Shown here: one piece after another, positions 24,753-32,000 of the stretch
Numbering within the stretch: position 1 is the stretch's first letter
How the letters are laid out: the number at the start of each line of letters is the position of its first letter
Source of the DNA: Desulfosalsimonadaceae bacterium
Lineage (GTDB): Bacteria > Desulfobacterota > Desulfobacteria > Desulfobacterales > Desulfosalsimonadaceae
DNA length: 32,000 nt
Reading direction: 5' to 3'
Assembly (NCBI GenBank): GCA_049297455.1
Contig: JBAQUK010000148.1
Coordinates: 7,668-39,667, forward strand
Notes under the pieces: generated by a model
What the model saw: the letters and a program-made list of their open reading frames with translations, nothing else
What the model was told of the DNA's origin: nothing
Databases searched by the model: none
Made by a program: the position numbers and the translations under genes

Positions 24753-25868
24753 GTGTTCGGAACCATACTGATTTCAATCTGTACATTCATGCATGTCTAT
24801 GTTTTCTGGCGAATCGCCTCCGTGCCGTTTATTGACCGTCACGTATCGCCCAGGATTCTCCTGGGTACAGGCGTGATTCTGTGGGCTGTTTTTTTCTTTG
24901 GCCGCGTTATCGCGCACAACAGAACGGGCATTATGGCCGGAGCCCTTGAATTTGTCGGAATGAACTGGATGGCTGTTCTGTTCCTGATTTTCACGTCCCT
25001 TCTTTTTATAGATCTCGTCACTTTCTTCGGCTTCCTCATGCCCCGGCTGTCCCCTTCACTGCGGGGATGGGCACTGCTGGCCGGTCTCGCGCTCTCGGTG
25101 ATCGCGCTTTTCCAGGGCCTGCGGCCGCCGGTTGTGGAAAATTACGAAGTGAACCTTCCCGGACTGCCGGAAGCCTTGGATGGAACCGTACTCGTGGCCG
25201 TGTCCGATATGCATCTCGGTTCTCAGATAGGCGATTCCTGGCTGGCGGCCCGGATCAATCAGATAAATGCCCAAGAGCCCGACATAGTGGTCTTGCTCGG
25301 CGATATTTTCGAAGGTCATGGTCCGCCTGAAGAGCATTTGATTGCAACATTTCAGCAACTCTCCGCCCCTCTCGGCGTTTGGGCCGTTCCCGGCAATCAC
25401 GAATTCCATGGGAAAGGCAACATGGACCTGCTTGCGGAGGCGGGCTTCAAGCTGCTGAATAACGAGTGGGCCGAAGTGCGGCCCGGCTTCGTCCTGGCAG
25501 GTGTGGAGGATCTCACCACCAGACATCGAAACGGCCAGGGCGGCGACCCCGTATCGCAAGCGCTCACTGGCCGCCCACCCGGCGCAACCATTCTTCTCTC
25601 GCATACGCCGTGGGAGTCCGAAAAGGCAGCCAAGGCCGGGGTCGGGCTGATGCTTTGCGGCCACACCCACGGAGGGCAGATATGGCCCTTCGGCTATTTG
25701 GTTCAAATCAGGTATCCCCTGCTTCAGGGGCGTTACGACGTGGATGGCATGACAGTTATCGTATGCAGAGGCACGGGAACATGGGGCCCGCGCATGAGAC
25801 TCTGGCGGCCCGGCGAAATTCTCCGGGTGACGCTCCGGGGAAAGGGTAAAGATGGTTATGCGGGATGA
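24753..25868 (+). CDS. membrane-anchored metallophosphoesterase (YkuE-like)
   Basis: GTG start. N-terminal TM helices, then the calcineurin-like motifs VSDMHLG, LGDIFEG, PGNHEF and CGHTHGGQ. Confidence 0.85.
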   Translation: MFGTILISICTFMHVYVFWRIASVPFIDRHVSPRILLGTGVILWAVFFFGRVIAHNRTGIMAGALEFVGMNWMAVLFLIFTSLLFIDLVTFFGFLMPRLSPSLRGWALLAGLALSVIALFQGLRPPVVENYEVNLPGLPEALDGTVLVAVSDMHLGSQIGDSWLAARINQINAQEPDIVVLLGDIFEGHGPPEEHLIATFQQLSAPLGVWAVPGNHEFHGKGNMDLLAEAGFKLLNNEWAEVRPGFVLAGVEDLTTRHRNGQGGDPVSQALTGRPPGATILLSHTPWESEKAAKAGVGLMLCGHTHGGQIWPFGYLVQIRYPLLQGRYDVDGMTVIVCRGTGTWGPRMRLWRPGEILRVTLRGKGKDGYAG

Positions 25869-25901
25869 CTTTAATTAACATCTATCAAAAGGGCATACAT
25901 T

Positions 25902-26234
25902 TTGAGCGACAAAAAAAATGGTGACAATTCAATAGCGATCATGGAGGTACAGCTCATTTTAGCGGAAAAGCGCACATCCTTATCCGTTATGCGGACAGGT
26001 ATCGCCGTATTGGCGCTGCCGTTGTCGGTCATGAGCTTTCTGATCGCCACTTCAAAATATTATAATGTGCTTCATGTATTGTATTTCCTTATCCCGTTGG
26101 GGATACTCAATTGTGCGTTGCTTGTTTTAGGCGCGTACCTGATTATTCGTTCAATACTCAGGATGCGGCATTTTGAGTATCTTATTCATAAAATCAAGTT
26201 AAAACACAGCGTCATTGGGGAATTTCTTGATTGA
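25902..26234 (+). CDS. DUF202 (YidH-like) membrane protein
   Basis: LAEKRTSLSVMRTGIAVLALPLSV matches the DUF202 pattern LA.ERT.LA..RT. Two or three TM segments. The start is uncertain (TTG 25902 or ATG 25941). Confidence 0.5.
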   Translation: MSDKKNGDNSIAIMEVQLILAEKRTSLSVMRTGIAVLALPLSVMSFLIATSKYYNVLHVLYFLIPLGILNCALLVLGAYLIIRSILRMRHFEYLIHKIKLKHSVIGEFLD

Positions 26235-26278
26235 ATCCAAGGGATTTTCTCGCCATCAGCGTTCAACTGAAAGGGAAA

Positions 26279-27247
26279 ATGCACATCCTGAAAAAAACAA
26301 GGGCAAAATTCGGGCCGTATATCCGGTGGAAAAAAGACCTTATTCATGAACTCAAAACAGGCAGCCGGATAATCATAACCGAAAAAGGTCCGGTGGAATA
26401 TGTCGTCCATGGCGATAGCGGCCCCTATGTCGCCGTCATGCATGGCGGTCCGGGAGGATACGACCAGACAGAAGCCCTTTTCAACGATCTATATGGAAAA
26501 GGATTCCGCATCCTCAGCTGGTCCCGTCCCGGCTATCTGCGTACACCCATGGATACCGGAAGGACCTTTGGAGAGCAGGCCGCTGCCTTTACTGCGCTGA
26601 TCGATGCACTGGGCATCGACAAGACCGCCCTGTTTGCCTATTCAGCCGGAGGGCCGGTGGCGATAAATTTTGCCGCTCATCAACCGGACAGAATATGGGC
26701 GCTGATCCTCGAAAGTGCAGTCAGCCAGAGATATGAAATCAACCGGAACAATATCGGGGAACAGATTTTGTTCGGGCACCTCATGTTCAACGGGCCATCA
26801 CTCTGGCTTTCGGATATCATTGCCCATCACGCACCGATGCTTGTCGGCTGGGCAACCATCGAGATGGAAAGCTCGCTTGATGAGGAAGACGTCATAAAAT
26901 TAATCAGGGATATCATGAAGGATGAACACAGAGTAAAAATATTGATGGATCTGATTAGGGGGATGAGCCCTTCAAAGCTCCGTTTAAAAGGGCTGAAAAA
27001 CGATATAAAACAGCTCGCAAAAATAGACGGCCTGCCTCTTGACCGAATAGCTTCACCAACACTCATCCTCCATGGAACAAACGACCTTGATGTGCCTATA
27101 GAACATTCGCAAACCGCTGCCGGAAAAATATCCGGGGCCGAGACCTGCTTCGTTGAAGGGGGCTTCCATATACTTGCTCTTTCGGATGACGCTGAATCTG
27201 TGCAGAGAAAAAGAATATTGTTCCTGAAGACGCATGCCCCTAAATAA
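26279..27247 (+). CDS. alpha/beta hydrolase
   Basis: ORF 26231-27247, trimmed to ATG 26279 (MHILKK). Oxyanion region VAVMHGGPGG, nucleophile elbow FAYSAGG, and a late HG..D...P block. Confidence 0.75.
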   Translation: MHILKKTRAKFGPYIRWKKDLIHELKTGSRIIITEKGPVEYVVHGDSGPYVAVMHGGPGGYDQTEALFNDLYGKGFRILSWSRPGYLRTPMDTGRTFGEQAAAFTALIDALGIDKTALFAYSAGGPVAINFAAHQPDRIWALILESAVSQRYEINRNNIGEQILFGHLMFNGPSLWLSDIIAHHAPMLVGWATIEMESSLDEEDVIKLIRDIMKDEHRVKILMDLIRGMSPSKLRLKGLKNDIKQLAKIDGLPLDRIASPTLILHGTNDLDVPIEHSQTAAGKISGAETCFVEGGFHILALSDDAESVQRKRILFLKTHAPK

Positions 27248-27501
27248 AGATCCACAGAATCAATGCCATTTGATGTTTTGTGCTTTCTTTTTTTATTTAA
27301 AAATATTAAAAATATACTCTTTTGACAGCCCCGTAGAAAACAAATTTTTACGGCAAAGCATAAAAGTTAAAATTACGGCAAGACATTCCGGGAAATGATT
27401 CTTATTTTATGTGAAGTAAGAACCAAGGGATGCAGCGCAAAGAAAAATTTGGTTTTTTCAGGATGTCGTCATCTTTAAATAAGATAAATATTGGGGGATT
27501 T

Positions 27502-28152
27502 ATGGGTATCAGGACTCAGGAAACATTTAATTTTTATTCACATCTCGCAGGAGTTCTGCTGTCTGTAACGGGTCTGATTTTTCTTTTCAGAGTGGCCAGT
27601 TCATCGGTTCCGGCTTTAATTACCGCTTTGATATACGGTCTTTCCATTGTTTTTCTTTTTTCGGCGAGTTCCCTTTACCACGCCTTTAAAAAAGAAGAAA
27701 ACGAGGTCTCGTTCTGGCGGCGAATGGACCGTCTGGCCATATTTTTCATGATCGCCGGAACGTATACCCCCGTATGTTATTTCTGCCTCGAAGGGACCTG
27801 GCGCTGGACAATGATCGGCTTGCAGTGGGGGCTTGTAGGCTTTGGCGTTCTTTCCCAGCTTTTTTTCCCTAAAGCCCCCCGAAGCCTTTATGCCGCCATT
27901 TATCTGGTCATGGGCTGGCTGGCGATTTTTCCCATGCGCCAGATTTTATCCAACATGTCCTCCCCGCAAAAAATTCTGCTGTTCACCGGCGGCATCGCCT
28001 TTACGGCCGGCGGGCTGATTTACGCCATCAAACGGCCCCGGCTGCTGCCGGGTGTTTTCAGTTTTCACGAGCTGTTCCATATCATGGTGCTTATGGGCGG
28101 AACCCTGCATTACGCGATGATTTATCGGGTTTATCTTGAAGCGTACATATAG
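27502..28152 (+). CDS. hemolysin III / PAQR family membrane protein
   Basis: ORF 27430-28152, trimmed to ATG 27502 with GGGGGA upstream. Seven-TM protein with family motifs FNFYSH, SSLYHAF, RMDRLAIFFMIAGTYTP and FHELFHIMV. Confidence 0.85.
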   Translation: MGIRTQETFNFYSHLAGVLLSVTGLIFLFRVASSSVPALITALIYGLSIVFLFSASSLYHAFKKEENEVSFWRRMDRLAIFFMIAGTYTPVCYFCLEGTWRWTMIGLQWGLVGFGVLSQLFFPKAPRSLYAAIYLVMGWLAIFPMRQILSNMSSPQKILLFTGGIAFTAGGLIYAIKRPRLLPGVFSFHELFHIMVLMGGTLHYAMIYRVYLEAYI

Positions 28153-28177
28153 GAACCAGATATAGTCGGACCCATAT

Positions 28178-29047
28178 ATGACCGAATCGGGGATCTCACC
28201 CGCCTGCAGGAAACTTCTGGACCAGGAACAGGCCCTTTTTCAGGAAGAATATCGAAAGCACTATCTTTCCGGAGAGACCAAAGGGCCGGATATCGGGGCC
28301 CCCTATCTCCTTCATCATCCCGAATCCCACAACGCAGTGCTTCTTATCCACGGTCTCATGGCCGCCCCTTATGAAGTGAAAGAGTGGGCGGAAAATCTTT
28401 TTTCCAGAGGCTATACGGTTTACGCCCCCCGACTTGCGGGTCACGGGACATCGGCTGAGGATCTTGCCGGCCGGAATTACGGGGACTGGGTGGATTCCGT
28501 GGAAAGGGGATATGCAATTCTGGCGTCGTGTTCAAACCGGATCATCGTGGCCGGATTCTCCACCGGCGGAGGGCTTGCCCTGCATCAGGCCATCCGACAC
28601 CCGAACAGGTACCGGGCCGTGGTCTCCGTCAGCGCGCCCATGAAATTCAAGGGCCTGTCATCGAATCTGTCTGAAACAATGGAACGCTGGAACCGGGCCG
28701 CCGGGATTTTAGGGATGAATTTGCTTCAAAAACCCTTTGCCCGGAACCATCCCGATAATCCCGAAATCAACTATCACCGGTGCCCCATTCATGCATTCAA
28801 CCAGGTGAAAGCGCTGATGCGAACCGTGTACCGGGGCCTTCCCGGCATTGCCGTTCCGCTGCTCGTGGTTCAGGGAAACCGGGACCCCAAAGTGAGCCCA
28901 AAGGCCGGGAGGATGATTTTTGACCGGGTCCGCATCCCGGAAAAACAGTATGTGGAAATTGAATATCATCTTCACGGCATTGTCCGGGGCCGGATCGGCG
29001 TGTCTATTTTTAATGCGGTGAATGAATTTTTATCCGGACGCACGTAA
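28178..29047 (+). CDS. alpha/beta hydrolase, carboxylesterase/lysophospholipase-like
   Basis: VLLIHGLMAAPYEV, GYTVYAPRLAGHGTS, and the nucleophile elbow VAGFSTGGGLAL. Resembles Est30-type carboxylesterases. Confidence 0.8.
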   Translation: MTESGISPACRKLLDQEQALFQEEYRKHYLSGETKGPDIGAPYLLHHPESHNAVLLIHGLMAAPYEVKEWAENLFSRGYTVYAPRLAGHGTSAEDLAGRNYGDWVDSVERGYAILASCSNRIIVAGFSTGGGLALHQAIRHPNRYRAVVSVSAPMKFKGLSSNLSETMERWNRAAGILGMNLLQKPFARNHPDNPEINYHRCPIHAFNQVKALMRTVYRGLPGIAVPLLVVQGNRDPKVSPKAGRMIFDRVRIPEKQYVEIEYHLHGIVRGRIGVSIFNAVNEFLSGRT

Positions 29048-29048
29048 T

Positions 29049-29825
29049 ATGCGAAAGCTGTTTCTCATCATTTGTTTCCTCCTGTTTTCGTCCCATGCGG
29101 CTGCTGAAGATCAGGCCATCGCAAAACGCTTTGCCCAGAGAGGCATTGACGGGACAATGATCATCTCGTCGCTGAACAGCGGGAAGACATTCATCCACAA
29201 CGCTCCCCGCTCAACCCGCAGATACCCGGCAGCCTCCACCTTCAAAATCTTTAATACCCTGATATCGCTTGAAGAAAAAGCGATATCGGGAAAAGACGAT
29301 GTGATTAAGTGGGATGGGCATACTTACGATTTACCGGATTGGAACCGTGACCAAACGCTGGAAAGCGCGTTCAGGGTTTCCTGCGTCTGGTATTTTCAGG
29401 CGCTTGCACGCCGGGTCGGAGCGGAAAAGTATCGGGATTATCTGCACAAGTCAGCTTACGGTGAACTGCACGAGCCATTTGAGGAAACCACATTCTGGCT
29501 TGACGGCTCCCTTGAAATCAGCGCAGCAGAGCAGGTGGCATTCCTCAAGAAAGTGTACCGGCGGTCTCTCCCCTTCAGCGCATCATCCTATGAAACGCTG
29601 CGGCAAATCATGCTGGTGGAGAAAACGCCGAAGTTTACGCTCCGGGCCAAGACAGGCTGGGCAGCCAGATCAAACCCGCAAACCGGGTGGTACGTGGGTT
29701 ATGTCGAAACTGCAAATGATGTGTGGTTTTTCGCAATGAACATGGAAATCCGTGACGAAAAAGACCTGCCCATGCGCCATAAGCTGACGCGGGAGGCGTT
29801 GCGGGAAAAAGGAATAATCGAGTAA
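29049..29825 (+). CDS. class D (OXA-type) beta-lactamase family protein
   Basis: ORF 29022-29825, trimmed to ATG 29049, 1 nt after the preceding stop. Signal peptide MRKLFLIICFLLFSSHAAA. Motifs: STFK (SxxK), SCV (SxV), FWLDGSLEISAAEQV, KTGW, GWYVGYVE. The YGN position reads YGE. Confidence 0.85.
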   Translation: MRKLFLIICFLLFSSHAAAEDQAIAKRFAQRGIDGTMIISSLNSGKTFIHNAPRSTRRYPAASTFKIFNTLISLEEKAISGKDDVIKWDGHTYDLPDWNRDQTLESAFRVSCVWYFQALARRVGAEKYRDYLHKSAYGELHEPFEETTFWLDGSLEISAAEQVAFLKKVYRRSLPFSASSYETLRQIMLVEKTPKFTLRAKTGWAARSNPQTGWYVGYVETANDVWFFAMNMEIRDEKDLPMRHKLTREALREKGIIE

Positions 29826-29902
29826 GCTGGATGCCGCTAAAGCAACTCCACTCAGCTTTACGATGGAAGCAGATCGTTCCCCCCTTTTTCATGTAATATC
29901 GT

Positions 29903-29931
29903 TTGACGATATTATCCATTCACGATAATAT
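29903..29931 (+). promoter_or_regulatory. putative higBA promoter with embedded inverted-repeat operator
   Basis: TTGACG (29903-29908), 17-nt spacer, TAATAT (29926-29931). The inverted repeat ATATTATC-N7-GATAATAT (29909-29931) fills the spacer and the -10. The higB ATG at 29938 is 7 nt after the -10 and has no SD. Confidence 0.45.
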
Positions 29932-29937
29932 GCCATT

Positions 29938-30219
29938 ATGATCAAATCCTTCAAATGCAAAGAGACCGAAAAGCTTTTCCACGGTAGGTTTTCAACAAGG
30001 TTGCCGCAGGCAATCCAGCGGGCGGCGGTCATAAAACTGAAGATCATTAATGCGGCCAGTCTCCTTGAAACACTCCGCGTCCCACCATCGAATCACCTGG
30101 AGGCTCTTCGCGGCGACAGAGAAGGTCAATACAGCATCCGTATTAATAAACAGTGGCGAATTTGTTTCGTATGGCAAGGCAGTGATGCTTTGGATGTCGA
30201 AATCGCCGACTACCATTGA
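29938..30219 (+). CDS. higB: type II toxin HigB (RelE/ParE superfamily, plasmid-maintenance killer type)
   Basis: MIKSFKCKETEKLF...LKIINAA..L..LRVPPSN.LEALRGDREGQYSIRIN.QWRICF.W is the classic HigB sequence pattern. Confidence 0.85.
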   Translation: MIKSFKCKETEKLFHGRFSTRLPQAIQRAAVIKLKIINAASLLETLRVPPSNHLEALRGDREGQYSIRINKQWRICFVWQGSDALDVEIADYH

Positions 30220-30228
30220 GAGGTCATT

Positions 30229-30534
30229 ATGACAAAACGTGACTTTCCCCCCATTCATCCCGGTGAAATTCTTCTTGCGGAGTTTCTTGAACCATTGGGC
30301 GTCAGCCAGTATCGGCTCGCAAAAGATATCGGTGTAACTCCCCGGCGTATCAATGAAATTGTTCATGGTCGCCGGGGTGTCACTGCCGATACGGCGCTGA
30401 GACTCGGGCGGTATTTCAACATGGAGGCGCAATTCTGGCTCAACCTCCAGTCACACTACGATATGGAAATGGCGTTGGAGGCGCTTGAGGGCAGGCTCGA
30501 AAAAGAAGTGCATCCGCTCTCCCAGGCAGCATGA
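30229..30534 (+). CDS. higA: type II antitoxin HigA (XRE-family HTH)
   Basis: IHPGEILLAEFLEPLG.SQY.LAK.IGV...RINEIV.G.R..TADTALRL..YF is the classic HigA pattern. Starts 9 nt after higB. Confidence 0.85.
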   Translation: MTKRDFPPIHPGEILLAEFLEPLGVSQYRLAKDIGVTPRRINEIVHGRRGVTADTALRLGRYFNMEAQFWLNLQSHYDMEMALEALEGRLEKEVHPLSQAA

Positions 30535-30665
30535 TTTCCAACAATTTGATGCATCCCTTTTGTCCGATGCCCATGGTGAGGTTATAGGAGAGGGAAAAGG
30601 GGTTGAATCCTTCCCGGCTCCCGTCGGAGTCTCCCAAAACAGCGGCCGGGATCCTCCCGTTCTCG

Positions 30666-30689
30666 CACATGCTTAGCGCTAAGCATGTG
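30666..30689. repeat. 24-bp perfect palindrome at the GC-rich/AT-rich boundary
   Basis: CACATGCTTAGC|GCTAAGCATGTG, about 130 nt after higA. No T tract follows. The sequence becomes visibly AT-rich from about 30700. Confidence 0.6.
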
Positions 30690-31128
30690 AAATCCAGACC
30701 CGCCACATCAGGATTTTTTCGACTTTAATTTCAATTTAAATATCCAAAATTATAATATATTTTTAAAATAGAGCCGCCGAAAACGGCTTTTAGCGGACGA
30801 AAATTTTATGAGATATATTTCATAATTGCGCCGTTTCAAATCTTCCGGCGGCACCCCAATCTGAAGGCGTATTAATCAAATTACGAACAGGCCGGGTTTC
30901 TTATCCGGTGACAAAACAGACGAAACAACAGGATCAATGACGGGAAGAGAAAACGCTTGTTATGAGTAAATAGATTTTGTAAACAATTATTTATAAATAT
31001 CAGAACATATGTTGCCGGCTACCGCTTCTCCGGACGACCTGTTTTTGCGTTCATGATTCTTACCGGTTATTAAAGATATACAGAAACTGCTCAATTGCTT
31101 GTTATGGGTCAAATATATTGAGATTGAT

Positions 31129-31368
31129 ATGAAAGTTTTCGGGTACAAAGAAAAGGTTATCAACGACCACGGTTTACTTCAAATGTCAGAAGTAACATTT
31201 CAAGCATCCGCTAAAACACTTAGAGCAATTGCAAAATTCTTAATTGAATCAGCAGACTATATGGAAAAACATGACGACTTCGACCATTCACATATACAAG
31301 ATGATTGGAGTGAGTGGCAGGATGAATACCCTGATATTATAATCGCTAAAGATGACACAACTACATGA
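31129..31368 (+). CDS. small hypothetical acidic protein (79 aa), possibly immunity-protein-like
   Basis: ORF 31099-31368 (TTG), trimmed to ATG 31129. The architecture (MKVFGY....G.L...EVT...SAK.LR.IAKFL.E.A..ME.H.DFDH.H..D) reminds me of small orphan polymorphic-toxin immunity proteins. This is not a confident assignment. Confidence 0.4.
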   Translation: MKVFGYKEKVINDHGLLQMSEVTFQASAKTLRAIAKFLIESADYMEKHDDFDHSHIQDDWSEWQDEYPDIIIAKDDTTT

Positions 31369-31382
31369 AATAAAAGCATATT

Positions 31383-31643
31383 ATGAACTACGAAATAATT
31401 CTTTCTAATATTCGAGAAGCCAGAGAAGAAATTGAGAAACTTGAGGCCAAGATCGCATCGACTGAGAAACCAGATCAAGTCGAGTTTGAACTTTCACTGA
31501 GGCATGCCTACCACCATCTCAATTTCGCTTGGAATGTAAAGAATGTAAGGACAGAAAAATATACAAATTTAACAGACGAAAATTTTAGGAATTGGGGAAT
31601 GTTTCCTAAAGACTTTGATGACCTGGGAGCATTCGGAGAATAA
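31383..31643 (+). CDS. small hypothetical protein (86 aa)
   Basis: ATG 14 nt after the previous stop. AT-rich codon usage like its neighbour. No family recognised. Confidence 0.4.
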   Translation: MNYEIILSNIREAREEIEKLEAKIASTEKPDQVEFELSLRHAYHHLNFAWNVKNVRTEKYTNLTDENFRNWGMFPKDFDDLGAFGE

Positions 31644-31737
31644 AAACAACCTGTTAATCTTTACATTCTATGAACCAAAACAGGCGGTGGATTTTTAGAT
31701 TCCGTTGACAGATTAAAGCGATTACCAGAATAAATGA

Positions 31738-31766
31738 GCCTCTGAGAAAGAGGCCTTTTTTTTTTT
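31738..31766 (+). terminator. rho-independent terminator
   Basis: 6-bp stem GCCTCT / AGAGGC with 5-nt loop GAGAA, followed by one C and a run of 11 T (31756-31766). Confidence 0.75.
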
Positions 31767-31804
31767 AAAAGGGCGGTGAAGTTTTGACGACCCTCCGCCC
31801 TTTT
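31767..31804. terminator. second hairpin flanked by A4/T4, possible bidirectional terminator
   Basis: AAAAGGGCGG (31767-31776) pairs with CCGCCCTTTT (31795-31804) across an 18-nt loop. Confidence 0.35.
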
Positions 31805-31847
31805 AAAATGAAGAGTCCTCTCATAACCATAGAGGAGGATTGTCAGC

Positions 31848-32000
31848 ATGGTATTCTTTTTTCCTGTTATTCTCAACGATCTTTTTAAATTTGGCCGGGC
31901 TTATCAATGGCCCAAGCCTTCTGAATGCGACCGGTGTTCCAGTTGCAGATTATGGGGGCACGGTTATGTGACGGCCTGTTTTGACGGATTTTCTGAACCG
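31848..32000 (+). CDS. 5' part of an unidentified protein with an N-terminal Cys cluster (possibly transposase-related), partial
   Basis: Strong GAGGAGGA 8 nt upstream of ATG 31848. Reads MVFFFPVILNDLFKFGRAYQWPKPSECDRCSSCRLWGHGYVTACFDGFSEP and runs off the right edge. The CxxCxxC...HG pattern resembles zinc-ribbon N-termini of some transposases. Not resolved. Confidence 0.4.
   Translation, partial: MVFFFPVILNDLFKFGRAYQWPKPSECDRCSSCRLWGHGYVTACFDGFSEP

Noticed and set aside
27348-27381. Direct repeat TTACGGCAA x2 (27348-27356 and 27373-27381) and a TTGACA box (27322-27327) upstream of the hemolysin-III gene
   Set aside because: A 9-mer repeated once in an AT-rich spacer could be chance, and no convincing -10 lies at the right distance from the TTGACA. 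Noted as a weak candidate regulator site only.
27502-28152. Calling the hemolysin III family protein a virulence hemolysin
   Set aside because: PAQR/HlyIII-family proteins are widespread housekeeping-type membrane proteins. Nothing in the context (hydrolases, no secretion or toxin genes) supports a cytolysin role.
30590-30640. tRNA-like fragment: GGTTGAATCC resembles the T-arm GGTTCGAATCC, which would suggest a tRNA-derived att site near the AT-rich islet
   Set aside because: It is one base short of the canonical T-loop. The flanking bases do not form a proper 5-bp T stem or an acceptor stem, and there is no adjacent tRNA gene or integrase in the window.
1-32000. Search for CRISPR arrays, rRNA/tRNA genes, integrons and complete IS elements
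   Set aside because: I found no regularly spaced direct repeats, no rRNA- or tRNA-like cloverleaf sequences, no attI/attC-like structures and no complete transposase within the window. Only the partial ORF at 31848 might be transposase-related.

Overview
Gene-dense, chromosomal-looking window with about 45 supportable genes and no rRNA, tRNA or CRISPR array that I could find. Gene content suggests an anaerobic Desulfobacterota-type (deltaproteobacterial sulfate reducer) genome; this is inference only. Main blocks, left to right: (1) end of a liv-type ABC transporter plus a divergent PaaK-like ligase. (2) Three tandem paralogous CxxC lipoproteins plus a relic of a fourth copy, divergent from a secreted CBM-like protein. 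(3) A Tyr-phosphatase, a lipoprotein penicillin/AHL-acylase and several small unknown genes. (4) A secreted neutral ceramidase in a tight operon with a Cys-variant Lgt-family protein and a CPBP protease. (5) A divergent tetR followed directly by the mercury-methylation pair hgcA-hgcB and an overlapping GT4 glycosyltransferase. (6) vapBC, then a membrane protein and a YkgJ-like Cys-cluster protein. (7) A Na+-translocating methylmalonyl-CoA-type decarboxylase cluster whose OadG-like anchor subunit carries an extra about 190-aa exported domain. (8) A run of hydrolases, a hemolysin-III (PAQR) protein and a class D beta-lactamase. (9) higBA, then an AT-rich islet ending in a possible transposase start. 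The most interesting observation: hgcA is preceded in the same frame by a 30-codon ATG ORF that ends in a single TGA, with a hairpin just downstream. This could be a Cys-Sec (selenocysteine) N-terminal extension of HgcA, but an ordinary upstream ORF is a live alternative. The ORF track uses GTG and TTG starts and often over-extends N-termini; I re-picked starts using Shine-Dalgarno sites and signal peptides. All homology calls come from motif recognition by eye, not from searches.
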